A stretch of 40,826 nucleotides of DNA from Candidatus Heimdallarchaeota archaeon (lineage in GTDB: Archaea; Asgardarchaeota; Heimdallarchaeia; Heimdallarchaeales; Heimdallarchaeaceae), in assembly GCA_018238545.1 (NCBI GenBank), contig JABCTC010000032.1, forward strand, positions 1 to 40,826. Reading direction: 5' to 3'. The translations under genes and the position numbers were made by a program. This document shows positions 20,385 to 30,114 of this stretch, piece by piece; the first letter of the stretch is position 1, and each line of letters begins with the position of its first letter. Under the pieces are notes generated by a model. The model saw only the letters and a program-made list of their open reading frames with translations. It was not told where the DNA came from and ran no database searches.

Positions 20385-22205
20385 TTATTTTTCCTCCCTA
20401 ATTTTCATTGGTGGTAACTCTGAAAATCTCTCAAATAACCTTCTATAATCTTCATTGGTTAGAATCAAATCATCATGAGTACCGTAATCTATCAGATGGC
20501 CATTTCTTAGGACTATAATTGCATCTGCATTTTTGATTGTTGCCAGTCTGTGGGTAATAATGAAAGTTGTACGATTTTTCAACACATTAGCTATAGCTGT
20601 TTGTATCTTTCTTTCTGTTTCTGCATCGATTGCACTACTAGCATCATCAAGAATAAGTATTGAGGGGTCAACTAAGAGGGCTCTTGCTATAGCTATGCGC
20701 TGCTTTTGTCCTCCTGAGAGGGTAACACCTCTTTCGCCTACAACCGTGTCATAGCCGTTCTCAAAACCTAAAATAAACTCGTGAGATTGAGCTAGTTTTG
20801 CGACCTTCTCTATCTCTTCTAAAGTAGCATCCGGTTTTCCGTAAGCGATGTTATCTCTTATCGTTTTACTGAAAAGAAATATCTCTTGTTCTATCACACC
20901 AATATTCTCACGAAGATTAGATAGGCACATGTCTTTGATGTTGATTCCATCGATAAATATCGCACCTTCTGTTGGATCATAGAGACGCATTAATAGCTTC
21001 ATCAGGGTTGACTTACCAGATCCAGGATTACCTATTATTGCTACAGTTGAACCTCCCTTAACTTCAAATTTTATCTTCTCTAGAGAATTCTTCCTACTAC
21101 TTTCTCCATTGTATGAGAAGGATACATTGTCAAATTTTATTGTTCCTTGAACATCTTTTAGTTCTACGGGGGAGGAAGGTTCGGGAACATATTCTTCTCT
21201 TACCATCATTTCATGTATTCTCTTTGCAGCTGCCATGCCTACTTGAAACTGTGTGATCGTCCAGCCAAATTGCCAGGTTGGCATCATTAAAGTCATCATT
21301 AGGAATACATAAGTTACTAGTTCGCCTATGGTCAAATTTCCTGCTGTCACCTCATAGGAACCCCATAAAAAGCTAAGGGCGATAAGCAGAACGGTTATTG
21401 CTACGGCGTAATATTTTGCTGCAATAATGCCTCTTTGAGTGTTTATGTCTCGCAATTTATCAGTTTCATCATCGAATTTCTTAATTTCATCTTCTTCTTT
21501 AACGAAATTTCTGATAACCCTAATCCCTGTTAAACTTTCTTGTAATCTTGAATTCAGCAACCCATTTTGTTCCATTTGAGCTCTAGAAATTGGTCGAAGT
21601 TTTTTATTATAATCCCTAATAGCAATAATGTAAAAGGGTAGAGCAACAAGCAAAAGTAAGGTCAATTTTGGACTTACCCAGATCATCAATGAAACAGAAA
21701 ATATAAGAGTAAAAGATGCTTCAAACAAGAATTTTATTCCAGGTGAGATGAATATATTCATCTGACGAGAATCGTAAGTTGCGCGAGACATGATATCTCC
21801 TATCTTCACTCTATCATGAAATTCTTGGCTCTTTTCTAACATATTTTCATAGAAATCTTTAGTAACATTTTTTGTTACTTTGTGAGCTAATATTTCATTA
21901 ACGTAGCTTTGAGTGAAATCAGCACCAGCTCTCACAATCCCTGCTACAGCAATTAGTACTCCAGTAGCTATTAATCCTTGGAATGCAGGAGCGTTTAGCC
22001 TAATAATAACGAATCCCGAGGAGGTAAGAAAATCATTTATAGCTCCTGTTTGCTTAACTAATTCCTCAAAAATATCCCCTACAAACAATGGAGTGATTGA
22101 AACTGTCCCTATGAAAATTATGAGAAATGTCATCAATATTGTAAATAACATTTTCTCTCTCATGAGATGTTTCATAAACCATTTTTTGTAGCTCAAACTA
22201 ACCAT
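20385..22205 (-). CDS. ABC exporter, fused permease/ATPase subunit A (degenerate site)
   Basis: 6 TM; GNPGSGKST, LSGGQKQR, LDDASS (E-to-D change typical of heterodimeric exporters). Confidence 0.95.
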   Translation of the reverse strand: MVSLSYKKWFMKHLMREKMLFTILMTFLIIFIGTVSITPLFVGDIFEELVKQTGAINDFLTSSGFVIIRLNAPAFQGLIATGVLIAVAGIVRAGADFTQSYVNEILAHKVTKNVTKDFYENMLEKSQEFHDRVKIGDIMSRATYDSRQMNIFISPGIKFLFEASFTLIFSVSLMIWVSPKLTLLLLVALPFYIIAIRDYNKKLRPISRAQMEQNGLLNSRLQESLTGIRVIRNFVKEEDEIKKFDDETDKLRDINTQRGIIAAKYYAVAITVLLIALSFLWGSYEVTAGNLTIGELVTYVFLMMTLMMPTWQFGWTITQFQVGMAAAKRIHEMMVREEYVPEPSSPVELKDVQGTIKFDNVSFSYNGESSRKNSLEKIKFEVKGGSTVAIIGNPGSGKSTLMKLLMRLYDPTEGAIFIDGINIKDMCLSNLRENIGVIEQEIFLFSKTIRDNIAYGKPDATLEEIEKVAKLAQSHEFILGFENGYDTVVGERGVTLSGGQKQRIAIARALLVDPSILILDDASSAIDAETERKIQTAIANVLKNRTTFIITHRLATIKNADAIIVLRNGHLIDYGTHDDLILTNEDYRRLFERFSELPPMKIREEK

Positions 22206-22315
22206 TCCTTTAGTCTATTTTCCCAACGATGAAAACTCCAATATTTATAATTTGCCAAACTGCTGTTTCCTTGAAATATAGCACAGTTTAAAAAACGAGT
22301 TGATTTGCTATTTCA

Positions 22316-22828
22316 ATGACAGAACAAAACTTTTTCAGAAGATTTGAACCTGCTGTCCCTAAAATATTTCATTATTCTATCGCTGGGTTGATGTGGATAA
22401 GCGTTGGGGCAATGCTGACTATTTTCGCTTCTGAATGGTTACACGACGCTACTGATCAACCTGTTTGGTTGATTATTTTAATGATATTCACAGGTTTGGT
22501 ACTTGCATTTCTTATCTTTTTCTTCGGTTTTTCTAAAATTGTTAAGAAGAACATTAAGAGAATTGTTTCAAAACCTGAGAAGTTCTGCATCTTTGCTTTT
22601 ATCTCTTGGTCTTCTTATCTCATTATTCCTATTATGGTTTCTTTAGGTATTCTTTTGCGAAACTGTCCTTTTTTTCCAAAACACTTCCTTGCAGCAGTCT
22701 ACATAGGAATAGGTGGTGGACTTATTTTTTCTAGTTCTAGTTATTTAATCAAAATCTATCAGGATATTAAAGATAAAAAAGAAGATAAGAACGCTGAAGA
22801 TGGAAAAACTGAAAACAAAAAGGAATAG
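22316..22828 (+). CDS. Conserved-looking 4-TM membrane protein
   Basis: AGLMW..VG.ML, FSKIVKKNIKRI, CIFAF.SW.SY, YIGIGGGL. Confidence 0.75.
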   Translation: MTEQNFFRRFEPAVPKIFHYSIAGLMWISVGAMLTIFASEWLHDATDQPVWLIILMIFTGLVLAFLIFFFGFSKIVKKNIKRIVSKPEKFCIFAFISWSSYLIIPIMVSLGILLRNCPFFPKHFLAAVYIGIGGGLIFSSSSYLIKIYQDIKDKKEDKNAEDGKTENKKE

Positions 22829-22840
22829 TTTTATTTCAGG

Positions 22841-24136
22841 TTATTTTGGTAATCCTTGCAACGGTGAGAAGTAAACTATTTTTCCATTTTCAACCATGAT
22901 TTTACCATCTTTTATTACATGACTGAAATTCATGTAATTTGTAATTCGATTGATATCTTCTAATGGGTTTTGATTACATATCACTAAATCAGCTAGTTTT
23001 CCTTTCTCAAGAGAACCTATTTGCTCGTCCATCCATATAGCTTTGGCACCTTCTATAGTAGCTGCTTGTAACGCTTGAGTTGGTGTCATTCCAACATCCT
23101 CAACCATCAATCTAACTTCATTTCCCGTATTCCCGTGATAATTTCCAGGTGTACCAGCATCAGTTCCTATAGCTATCTTCACACCTTTCTCAAAAGCTAA
23201 TTTGTGACTGATTTTCATTTGTTTATCTACTTCTATAGTTTTCTTCTGTATTTCTGGAGGCATGATTTTCATCAATGTTGGGCTAACTAAGCTCATTGCA
23301 GCTGTTTGAGTAGGAATCAGATAGGTTTTGTGTTTAACCATGAGATCAACAGCTTCTTCATCCAAGAAACTACCATGTTCGACAGTATCGATACCTGCTT
23401 TAGTGGCTTTGATTATTCCAGCTTTCCCATGTGCATGGCATGCTACATGCATATCATTCCTGTGTGCTTCTTCCACAATAGCTTCTAATTCTTCTTCTGT
23501 CCACAAAGTGAAACTTACTTTGGATTCAATTCCATGTAAAACTCCACCAGTTGTAGCTGTTTTAACAAATTGAGCACCTCGATATTTCAAGTCTCTAACA
23601 GCATGTTTCACAGCATCTACTCCAAAAAGAACTTGATCATTTTCTCTTTCAAAATTAATTATAGGGTCTGGTGAAACAGATTCTTGATTTCCCCATTGCC
23701 ATATACCTTTATCAGATGTGACCAATCTTGGACCTGCTAGTACTCCTTGATCAAGAATCCTTCGTAAAGCTGGAGCTATTCCCGGGTAGCAGCCAGCATC
23801 TCTTACACAAGTGAAACCAGTTTGCAGGTGTTTTTGAACATTGTTTAATGCATTGTAGTGATACATGTCTGTTTTTGTTCTTAGAATCTCTCTTTCAAAT
23901 TGAGGGCTACCTGTTGCATAAATATGAACATGACATTCAACCATTCCAGGCATCACCAATTTACCTGAAGCATCTATTATTTGATCTCCTTCCTCCTTCT
24001 CAAAATTATCAGTTGACCCTACCCAGAGAATTGTTCTATCTTTGATTACAACACTTGTGTTTGGTAGAACATTTCCAGAAATAGAATCAAAAACATCTCC
24101 TGATTTGACAACTAATCTTTTCTCGTGCACAGTCAT
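22841..24136 (-). CDS. Metal-dependent amidohydrolase (Xaa-Pro dipeptidase-like)
   Basis: PGMVECHVH, GFTCVRDAG, VK, HAHG, EHGS, GTDAG, GKLAD; ATG 24136 (MTVHEK) is the likely start. Confidence 0.92.
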   Translation of the reverse strand: MTVHEKRLVVKSGDVFDSISGNVLPNTSVVIKDRTILWVGSTDNFEKEEGDQIIDASGKLVMPGMVECHVHIYATGSPQFEREILRTKTDMYHYNALNNVQKHLQTGFTCVRDAGCYPGIAPALRRILDQGVLAGPRLVTSDKGIWQWGNQESVSPDPIINFERENDQVLFGVDAVKHAVRDLKYRGAQFVKTATTGGVLHGIESKVSFTLWTEEELEAIVEEAHRNDMHVACHAHGKAGIIKATKAGIDTVEHGSFLDEEAVDLMVKHKTYLIPTQTAAMSLVSPTLMKIMPPEIQKKTIEVDKQMKISHKLAFEKGVKIAIGTDAGTPGNYHGNTGNEVRLMVEDVGMTPTQALQAATIEGAKAIWMDEQIGSLEKGKLADLVICNQNPLEDINRITNYMNFSHVIKDGKIMVENGKIVYFSPLQGLPK

Positions 24137-24210
24137 AATGAAGCGATTATTATGTAATTTAAAAACTTTAGGCGGGATGAAACATCCCAAAAAAAGCTAT
24201 TTAGGCAGAA

Positions 24211-25293
24211 TCAATTTTTTCTCTTTTTTTTAAAAGTGAATATACTAGTTAGCGTTAGAAGTACTGTAATAGTTATGAAGATAGGAAATCCTGATGATTC
24301 TTCTAGCCCTAAGCCCTTCACCTTTAATATCTCTAATCCAACTCCTTCATTAATCAAGTAGACATATTCATTCCTTATTTCTAACTCTTGAGCATATCCT
24401 TCTGTTTCATATTCTGCTATCAGTACCGGAGTTGTCTTATCTGATACATCAAACAGCTGTAATCCTTCTAAATCGTTTCCAAGAAAGACAGTATCTTTAA
24501 TAACTACAAGTGCTACAGATTGTTCATCTTCATCATATTCGCCAATTAATGTAGGATTCGAAAAATCTGTTAAATCCACTATTGATAGTCCTTCATATGC
24601 TCCTGCTAGATACGCAATATCGTCCTGAACCTTGATATCATAGCACAACTTGGTTGTATCATAATAAGCTACTAAAAGAGGTGAACTAGGATCTGAGTAA
24701 TCGTACACTTCAAGATTACTAGTTGAGGAAGTATGGTTCCAGATAAGAATGTAAGCATAAGTCTCTTCGATAACGAAGTTGTGGGCATTTCCATTACGCA
24801 CAATTCTGCTTAGATTTACTGGATTACTTGGATCAGAAACATCTAGAATATTGAACCCATCATCTCTTCCAACGAATACAAGATCTTCATAAATACCCAT
24901 TGCGCCAGTTCTCAATCCAACAAATTCACCTAGTTTTACTGCGTTAACTGGGTCAATTACATTATAAATTTGTAAGCCTTCAGACCATGCGGGAATATAA
25001 GCTATACCGTCTTTAACCTCAAAATAATGTGGTCTGTAAATGTGAAAATAGGCAACATACTCTGGATTCTCAGGATCACTTATATTAATTGAATGCATAA
25101 GACTTTGACCATAATCAGCAACATATGCATAGTCTCCATCTAAGGCAACATCAAATAGAAGACCGCCAAGTTCAACAACCGCTACCTGCTCTATTGAAAC
25201 AGAAGCAGCAGACAGAAGAGTATAAAAAGAACCTAGTAATATTACCAAACCAAACACTAAACCAAACATATTACTTAGTTTTTTATTTCTCAT
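24211..25293 (-). CDS. LVIVD-repeat surface protein with C-terminal anchor
   Basis: Repeated YAYVA...GL.I.DVSDP.NP units; signal peptide; SGF-TM-KKKRKN tail. Confidence 0.9.
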   Translation of the reverse strand: MRNKKLSNMFGLVFGLVILLGSFYTLLSAASVSIEQVAVVELGGLLFDVALDGDYAYVADYGQSLMHSINISDPENPEYVAYFHIYRPHYFEVKDGIAYIPAWSEGLQIYNVIDPVNAVKLGEFVGLRTGAMGIYEDLVFVGRDDGFNILDVSDPSNPVNLSRIVRNGNAHNFVIEETYAYILIWNHTSSTSNLEVYDYSDPSSPLLVAYYDTTKLCYDIKVQDDIAYLAGAYEGLSIVDLTDFSNPTLIGEYDEDEQSVALVVIKDTVFLGNDLEGLQLFDVSDKTTPVLIAEYETEGYAQELEIRNEYVYLINEGVGLEILKVKGLGLEESSGFPIFITITVLLTLTSIFTFKKKRKN

Positions 25294-25384
25294 TTTTATA
25301 CAATAATTTCAACCTTTATGCACTTATTAATGTAATCAAATTTTTTTCAGAAATATTTTTAGCAGTTTGAACAAATATCTGTAT

Positions 25385-25837
25385 ATGGAATACAAAGATA
25401 AAATACTTAGAAGGATAGAAAAGCTAGAAACCTCAACAAAAATGTTTCTAGATTTACCTAACGAGACAAATCTCCCTAATGGGTGGGGAAAGAGGGAACT
25501 CGCGATTCATCTTTTTTCTTGGGATAGTGCATTGGTAGAATTTGCTGATAATTTAAGAAAGGGGAAAACTTTCGATTGGAAAGAAATTCATCCAGAAGAT
25601 TTAGATCTTAATGAAGTGAATAAAGGACATTTAGTTGAGAACGAGGATCTTACTTTTGAGGAAGCCATTGAAGCTTTTACAGATACTAGAATGGAGTTAA
25701 TTGCTACGTATGTAGATATAGTTAACAGTCACTTTCAAGATGAGAAATCTTTCACAGATTATTTCACTATGTGGATGCATGATGAACATCATCTAAAACA
25801 AGCTGGAATTGATACAAAAAAACTTGAAGAGAAATAA
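25385..25837 (+). CDS. DinB/DfsB-like four-helix bundle protein
   Basis: WGKRELAIHLFSWD, N..., H..HH metal-site pattern. Confidence 0.75.
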   Translation: MEYKDKILRRIEKLETSTKMFLDLPNETNLPNGWGKRELAIHLFSWDSALVEFADNLRKGKTFDWKEIHPEDLDLNEVNKGHLVENEDLTFEEAIEAFTDTRMELIATYVDIVNSHFQDEKSFTDYFTMWMHDEHHLKQAGIDTKKLEEK

Positions 25838-25850
25838 ACTCTTCACTTTT

Positions 25851-26243
25851 TTATGCAGTTTGTGTTTGTGTTTTTGTTTGTCCTACAAGATATAATATCC
25901 CGCCAACGAAAACGAATATGCCTCCAGTACCTCCAGTGATGAAACCTATTACAATAAGAACAATAGCTAACCAAACAACATCCTTGATCCAAGGACCAGT
26001 TTTTGTCTGTTTTTGTAACCAATCCCAAACTAAGAATAATACTAAAAGACCTAAAATTAGCATAATCAATCCATTTAGCCAGAAAAGATTTGTAAATGCA
26101 AGAAAAGATACGCTTCCAACTACCCTTAACGCGTTTACAGCTTGGGCAATCATAGTTAATATACCTTGAATAACAAGGATAAATCCTCCAATCAATGTGT
26201 TGATATATCCACAGGTTGAACCACAGATTTTAATATTTGACAT
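25851..26243 (-). CDS. Small membrane protein
   Basis: 3-4 TM; GGIFVFVGGIL. Confidence 0.7.
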   Translation of the reverse strand: MSNIKICGSTCGYINTLIGGFILVIQGILTMIAQAVNALRVVGSVSFLAFTNLFWLNGLIMLILGLLVLFLVWDWLQKQTKTGPWIKDVVWLAIVLIVIGFITGGTGGIFVFVGGILYLVGQTKTQTQTA

Positions 26244-26392
26244 ATATAATATTGTGGAATTGGTCTATATAAATATGAAGTTCTCACTCCTTAAAGTAAT
26301 ATGAATTGCTGTTTGATGGTACTATTCTAATGAAGCTTATTAGTGTTCGTAAACTTCGTACAACTGAAAAGAATCTGAAAAATGTGAATCAA

Positions 26393-26569
26393 ATGATAAA
26401 AAAAACACTCGTTGGAGTAACTGGTCTATTAATCATTTTGGCAGTAAGTATTCCAACCATCATCTATTTCACTGGAGACAAACAACTTTCTCTAGTATCT
26501 AGTTTTAACATAGGGGATGTATCAGAGTTTCTAAATAAGTATCATTTCTTTCCAAAATTCAGCTGGTAA
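26393..26569 (+). pseudogene. 5' remnant of a secreted (possibly LVIVD-type) protein gene
   Basis: MIKK + signal anchor + LSLVSSFNIG, then abrupt end overlapping a convergent fragment. Confidence 0.45.
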
Positions 26570-26728
26570 GACCGCCAATTTCCATATTCTTCCTTCAAAA
26601 TTAATCCTGGGTTCCATCCACTTTTGGTAATTTTCATTGTAGTAATTGATATAGAATTCTAATAAGAGATTCTCATCAAGTTGTTGAAGTAATTCCCTAA
26701 ATGTCAGTTCTTCCTCTTCTTTCCCCAT
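26531..26728 (-). CDS. Short or truncated hypothetical protein beginning MGKEEEELTF
   Basis: 65-aa ORF from ATG 26728; its start lies inside repeat copy 1. Confidence 0.45.
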   Translation of the reverse strand: MGKEEEELTFRELLQQLDENLLLEFYINYYNENYQKWMEPRINFEGRIWKLAVLPAEFWKEMILI

Positions 26729-26743
26729 AACAATCAACTTTCT
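26707..26743. repeat. ~37-bp direct repeat, copy 1
   Basis: gttcttcctcttctttccccataacaatcaactttct. Confidence 0.9.
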
Positions 26744-26762
26744 CAGAATTTATTTATAACTC

Positions 26763-26799
26763 TTCTTCCTCTTCTTTACCTATAGCAGTCAAACTTTTT
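26763..26799. repeat. ~37-bp direct repeat, copy 2
   Basis: ttcttcctcttctttacctatagcagtcaaacttttt. Confidence 0.85.
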
Positions 26800-26839
26800 C
26801 TAATAAGTACAAAACCATTAAAAGGATATATGATGCGAA

Positions 26840-27109
26840 TTATCGATATGCCTTCTTTCTATGTGCAATATTTATTACAACAACTGCTTGCTTTTTAATA
26901 TAAATTCTGTACAAAATTCTATAATAGCCAATTCTGAGTCTATATGTATTGTCTCTTCCTTGTAGTTTACGAGAAGAGACAAGAAATGGTTCATTAAGTG
27001 TTTCCAAAAAATCTTTTATCTGTTGTTTAATCTTCTTAGGCAGTTTTTCCAATTTTTTTGATGCAGATGGTATGAGGTAAACCCTAAAACTCTCGTCCTC
27101 TACCATCAT
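26840..27109 (-). CDS. relE: RelE/ParE family toxin
   Basis: KKLEKLP, KLQG..NTYRLRIGYYRILY, IAHRKKAY. Confidence 0.93.
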   Translation of the reverse strand: MMVEDESFRVYLIPSASKKLEKLPKKIKQQIKDFLETLNEPFLVSSRKLQGRDNTYRLRIGYYRILYRIYIKKQAVVVINIAHRKKAYR

Positions 27110-27297
27110 TTCACCCTGACTAACTCATCAAATCTGTCATTATTGACAATTTCATCAGCTTGTTCAAGTAGTTTTTTTTCTTCTTCAGTTAGATCTTCAT
27201 CTTCTATGAGGAAGTGTAATAATACTTCTATCTTGTTGATTTTCTTCTCAAGAAAAGCAATTTTGTTTGCTAAAGATTCAACATTTTCAATGGTCAT
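27106..27297 (-). CDS. Acidic antitoxin (RelB-like)
   Basis: 63 aa with EDLTEEEKKLL; ATGA overlap with relE. Confidence 0.8.
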   Translation of the reverse strand: MTIENVESLANKIAFLEKKINKIEVLLHFLIEDEDLTEEEKKLLEQADEIVNNDRFDELVRVK

Positions 27298-27398
27298 TAT
27301 TATCTAGAATGAATGTTGCACAAAAGTATTTAATGTTTATTATCTAAAAGGGAAGAAATTTCAAAAGACTAATTCTATTATTATTGATTCGAAAGTAG

Positions 27399-27435
27399 GT
27401 TCTTCCTCTTCTTTCCCCATAGCAGTCAACTTTCT
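27399..27435. repeat. ~37-bp direct repeat, copy 3
   Basis: gttcttcctcttctttccccatagcagtcaactttct (35/37 identical to copy 1). Confidence 0.9.
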
Positions 27436-27596
27436 TTGTTTTACAAAATATATCTATTAATTAATTGATAAAAAAGGTTTGGGAGAGATTTGTTTCCTAT
27501 CACATTGATGAAGCCTTTACTGCTTTCTGTACTTGCATTCTAGTTTCAGCTTGGTCAAAATACGAAAAAAAACTGCAGCGCGATTACAATCGTATT

Positions 27597-27632
27597 ATCT
27601 TACCACACAAAATAAATTTTACGTGGTAAGAT
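27597..27632. other. Inverted repeat/hairpin downstream of the D-aminoacylase gene
   Basis: atcttaccac-ac-aaaat-aa-atttt-ac-gtggtaagat. Confidence 0.65.
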
Positions 27633-27665
27633 TTTCCAAAAAAATTCTTGTTTGATTTGAAAATT

Positions 27666-29291
27666 TTATTGTTTTCTTAGGATTTTTCCTTCTAGAACCT
27701 CTTGTTGTTTTCCTTTCTCCACAGCTATCTTACCATTTACAATAACATACTCTATTCCTGTTGAGAATCTATGCGGTTCTTCATATGTAGCTTCATCAAT
27801 AATAGTTTCAGGATCGAAAATTACTATATCAGCCCAGTAATTTTTCTTTATTAGTCCTCGTTCTTCTAAACGTAATTTCTTCGCTGGGAATCCGGTCATT
27901 TTCCAAATTGCTTCTTCTAAAGACAACCATTTTTCTTCTCTAACATATTTCCCTAACACTCTTGGAAAAGTACCATAAAATCTTGGATGGGGTTTGCCAT
28001 GACTTAAAGGACCTTTAGGAGAAACACCTAAGCCATCAGTTGCAATCATACTATACTCACTTGTCATTATCCTTCTGATGTCTTCTTCACCCATACTTTC
28101 AATAGTAATCCAAACCTCACCTTTTTCATCAAGAATTAGGTTGAAAAGAGTTTCAAAATCATCTTCTAGATTGTGTATTTTTGTTATTTCAACTATATTT
28201 TTCCCTTCAATTTCTAACCATTTATCAGTCTTAACAGAAGCAATGAAGATTTTCTCAAAACCTTGATGTTTAGCAAAGTTCTCGTGATCAGTTAATCCTT
28301 CTTCCATCTCGTTTTTGATTTTCTCTCTAACATTCTTATCACTCAATCTCTTAAGTATTGATCCAATCCCACCAACATGAACCCATGGAGGGAGAATTGT
28401 GATCAGCGAGGTCATGCTTCGATTGTAAGGGTATTGATCACATGTTATATCTAATCCTCTTTGATTTGCTTCATGTATAATCTGTAATGTTTTCTTACTT
28501 AATCCCCAATTGGTTATACCTGAAGCTTTGTGATGAGCAATTTGTCCTCTTTTGCAACCTGACTCTTCAACAATTCGAATGAATTCTTCTACAGCTTCAA
28601 CAACTTTCTCTCCCTCATCTCGTATATGGGAAAAGTATACTTTATCATATTTTGCAACTATCTTTGCGAGTTCAATCACTTCTTCTGTTTTGGCATAAAC
28701 TTGAGGAGAATAGATTAAACCTGCACTCATACCAAACGCTCCAGCATCTAGTGCTTCTTCGACATAGGATTGCATTTTAACTATCTCTTCAGCTGTTGGA
28801 GGGCGATCTTCATATCCCGGTCCTCCAGCAAGACGAATAGCACCAAAACCAACAACAGGAGCAATATTCATCGAACATTTTCCTTTCTCAAGTTCTTTTA
28901 GATAATCTTCAAAGCTCCTCCAAGATAAATCAATCTCAACACCAGGAGGACTCCACATATCAACTTCCTTTTTAAAAAGAGTATAAGTTTCGTCACTGAT
29001 AGGTGCGAGGGAAGAACCACATTGACCAACCGTTGCGGTTGTTATACCTTGAGTAATCATGGATTCAAGTTTGTTACTAATTGGAATATTGCTGTCAGAA
29101 TGACTGTGAATATCAATAAAACCAGGTGCGATAACTAACCCTTTTGCGTCAATAACTATGGATGCTTCATCAGATATTACTTCTTCAATATTGGTAATTT
29201 TACCATTTTTTATAGCTAAATCAGATAAATAAGCTGAATCTCCCGAACCGTCAACAATTCTCCCATTGTGAATAACAATATCGTAAAACAT
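27666..29291 (-). CDS. N-acyl-D-amino-acid deacylase (D-aminoacylase)
   Basis: PGFIDIHSHSD, GQCG, SHIRDE, HHK, DQYPY, PHPRFYGTFPR, ADIVIFD. Confidence 0.95.
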   Translation of the reverse strand: MFYDIVIHNGRIVDGSGDSAYLSDLAIKNGKITNIEEVISDEASIVIDAKGLVIAPGFIDIHSHSDSNIPISNKLESMITQGITTATVGQCGSSLAPISDETYTLFKKEVDMWSPPGVEIDLSWRSFEDYLKELEKGKCSMNIAPVVGFGAIRLAGGPGYEDRPPTAEEIVKMQSYVEEALDAGAFGMSAGLIYSPQVYAKTEEVIELAKIVAKYDKVYFSHIRDEGEKVVEAVEEFIRIVEESGCKRGQIAHHKASGITNWGLSKKTLQIIHEANQRGLDITCDQYPYNRSMTSLITILPPWVHVGGIGSILKRLSDKNVREKIKNEMEEGLTDHENFAKHQGFEKIFIASVKTDKWLEIEGKNIVEITKIHNLEDDFETLFNLILDEKGEVWITIESMGEEDIRRIMTSEYSMIATDGLGVSPKGPLSHGKPHPRFYGTFPRVLGKYVREEKWLSLEEAIWKMTGFPAKKLRLEERGLIKKNYWADIVIFDPETIIDEATYEEPHRFSTGIEYVIVNGKIAVEKGKQQEVLEGKILRKQ

Positions 29292-29306
29292 TATACTCGA
29301 ATGAAT

Positions 29307-30041
29307 TCACCCAACCTTGTTTATAACTATTCCCTCTTCCTTTGGACGTCCTATCAATATAATTAGAGTAAATAAATTTGCAAAAGGAATTAGCATTAAT
29401 AATATAGCTAGCATTGGTTTCCTTTTCATAAATCCTTTCAAATCATTAGATTGCATTGTGCCAAAATTATTTTCATTATAAATTTCCGCAAAGGCAACAA
29501 CTCTAAAATAGAAATTGGAGAATAGATAAAAGAGACCACAAAATACAAAAAGCAATACAGGAAGTATAAGGAGATAAAAGGGAAAAGAATCAAATAATAC
29601 AAAAAAGAATGATATGAAAAATGCGATGAAGATATGTCCAATTAAGAAAACTAATTCAATTAGAATGTACTCATTCAAAACATATGAATTCTTAAAAAAT
29701 ATTCTGTTGAAATCACTATTCCCTTTATAGAGAACCAGAAACAAGCTAGTTAAGAAGAATGTTAACCCCATGAGTAGAAAGACTATTGAAAGAAAATTCA
29801 TCCATTTGTATAATGGGAAATGGGTAGGTACAAAAAAAGCTGAGATGAAAAGAATCAATGATAATGAAATGAAAATCACTCCTCCTATTAAGCAATTTTC
29901 AACGTCTTTTGTTCTGTCTGTTTTAAACAAGTCACCATACTTTTCTCTTTTCAATCTATATTTCCGTTTTACATGTTCAAACATCACATCAAAATCACTA
30001 GGGACAAACACACAGAAGAAATAATGTCTTTGAAAGTACAT
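29307..30041 (-). CDS. Hypothetical membrane protein
   Basis: ~5 TM; LMLIPFANL motif; true start possibly later (MFEHVK). Confidence 0.65.
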   Translation of the reverse strand: MYFQRHYFFCVFVPSDFDVMFEHVKRKYRLKREKYGDLFKTDRTKDVENCLIGGVIFISLSLILFISAFFVPTHFPLYKWMNFLSIVFLLMGLTFFLTSLFLVLYKGNSDFNRIFFKNSYVLNEYILIELVFLIGHIFIAFFISFFFVLFDSFPFYLLILPVLLFVFCGLFYLFSNFYFRVVAFAEIYNENNFGTMQSNDLKGFMKRKPMLAILLMLIPFANLFTLIILIGRPKEEGIVINKVG

Positions 30042-30114
30042 GTAAATTCAATTAGATAATAAGAAAATTATAGTTAAAAAGTTATGCAATAAAAAAGAGA
30101 AAAGAGGAGGAAAA

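Noticed and set aside
26707-27435. CRISPR array (repeat length ~37 bp)
   Set aside because: Spacings of 19 and ~600 bp are not spacer-like, the repeats are non-palindromic and coding-like, and no cas genes are present
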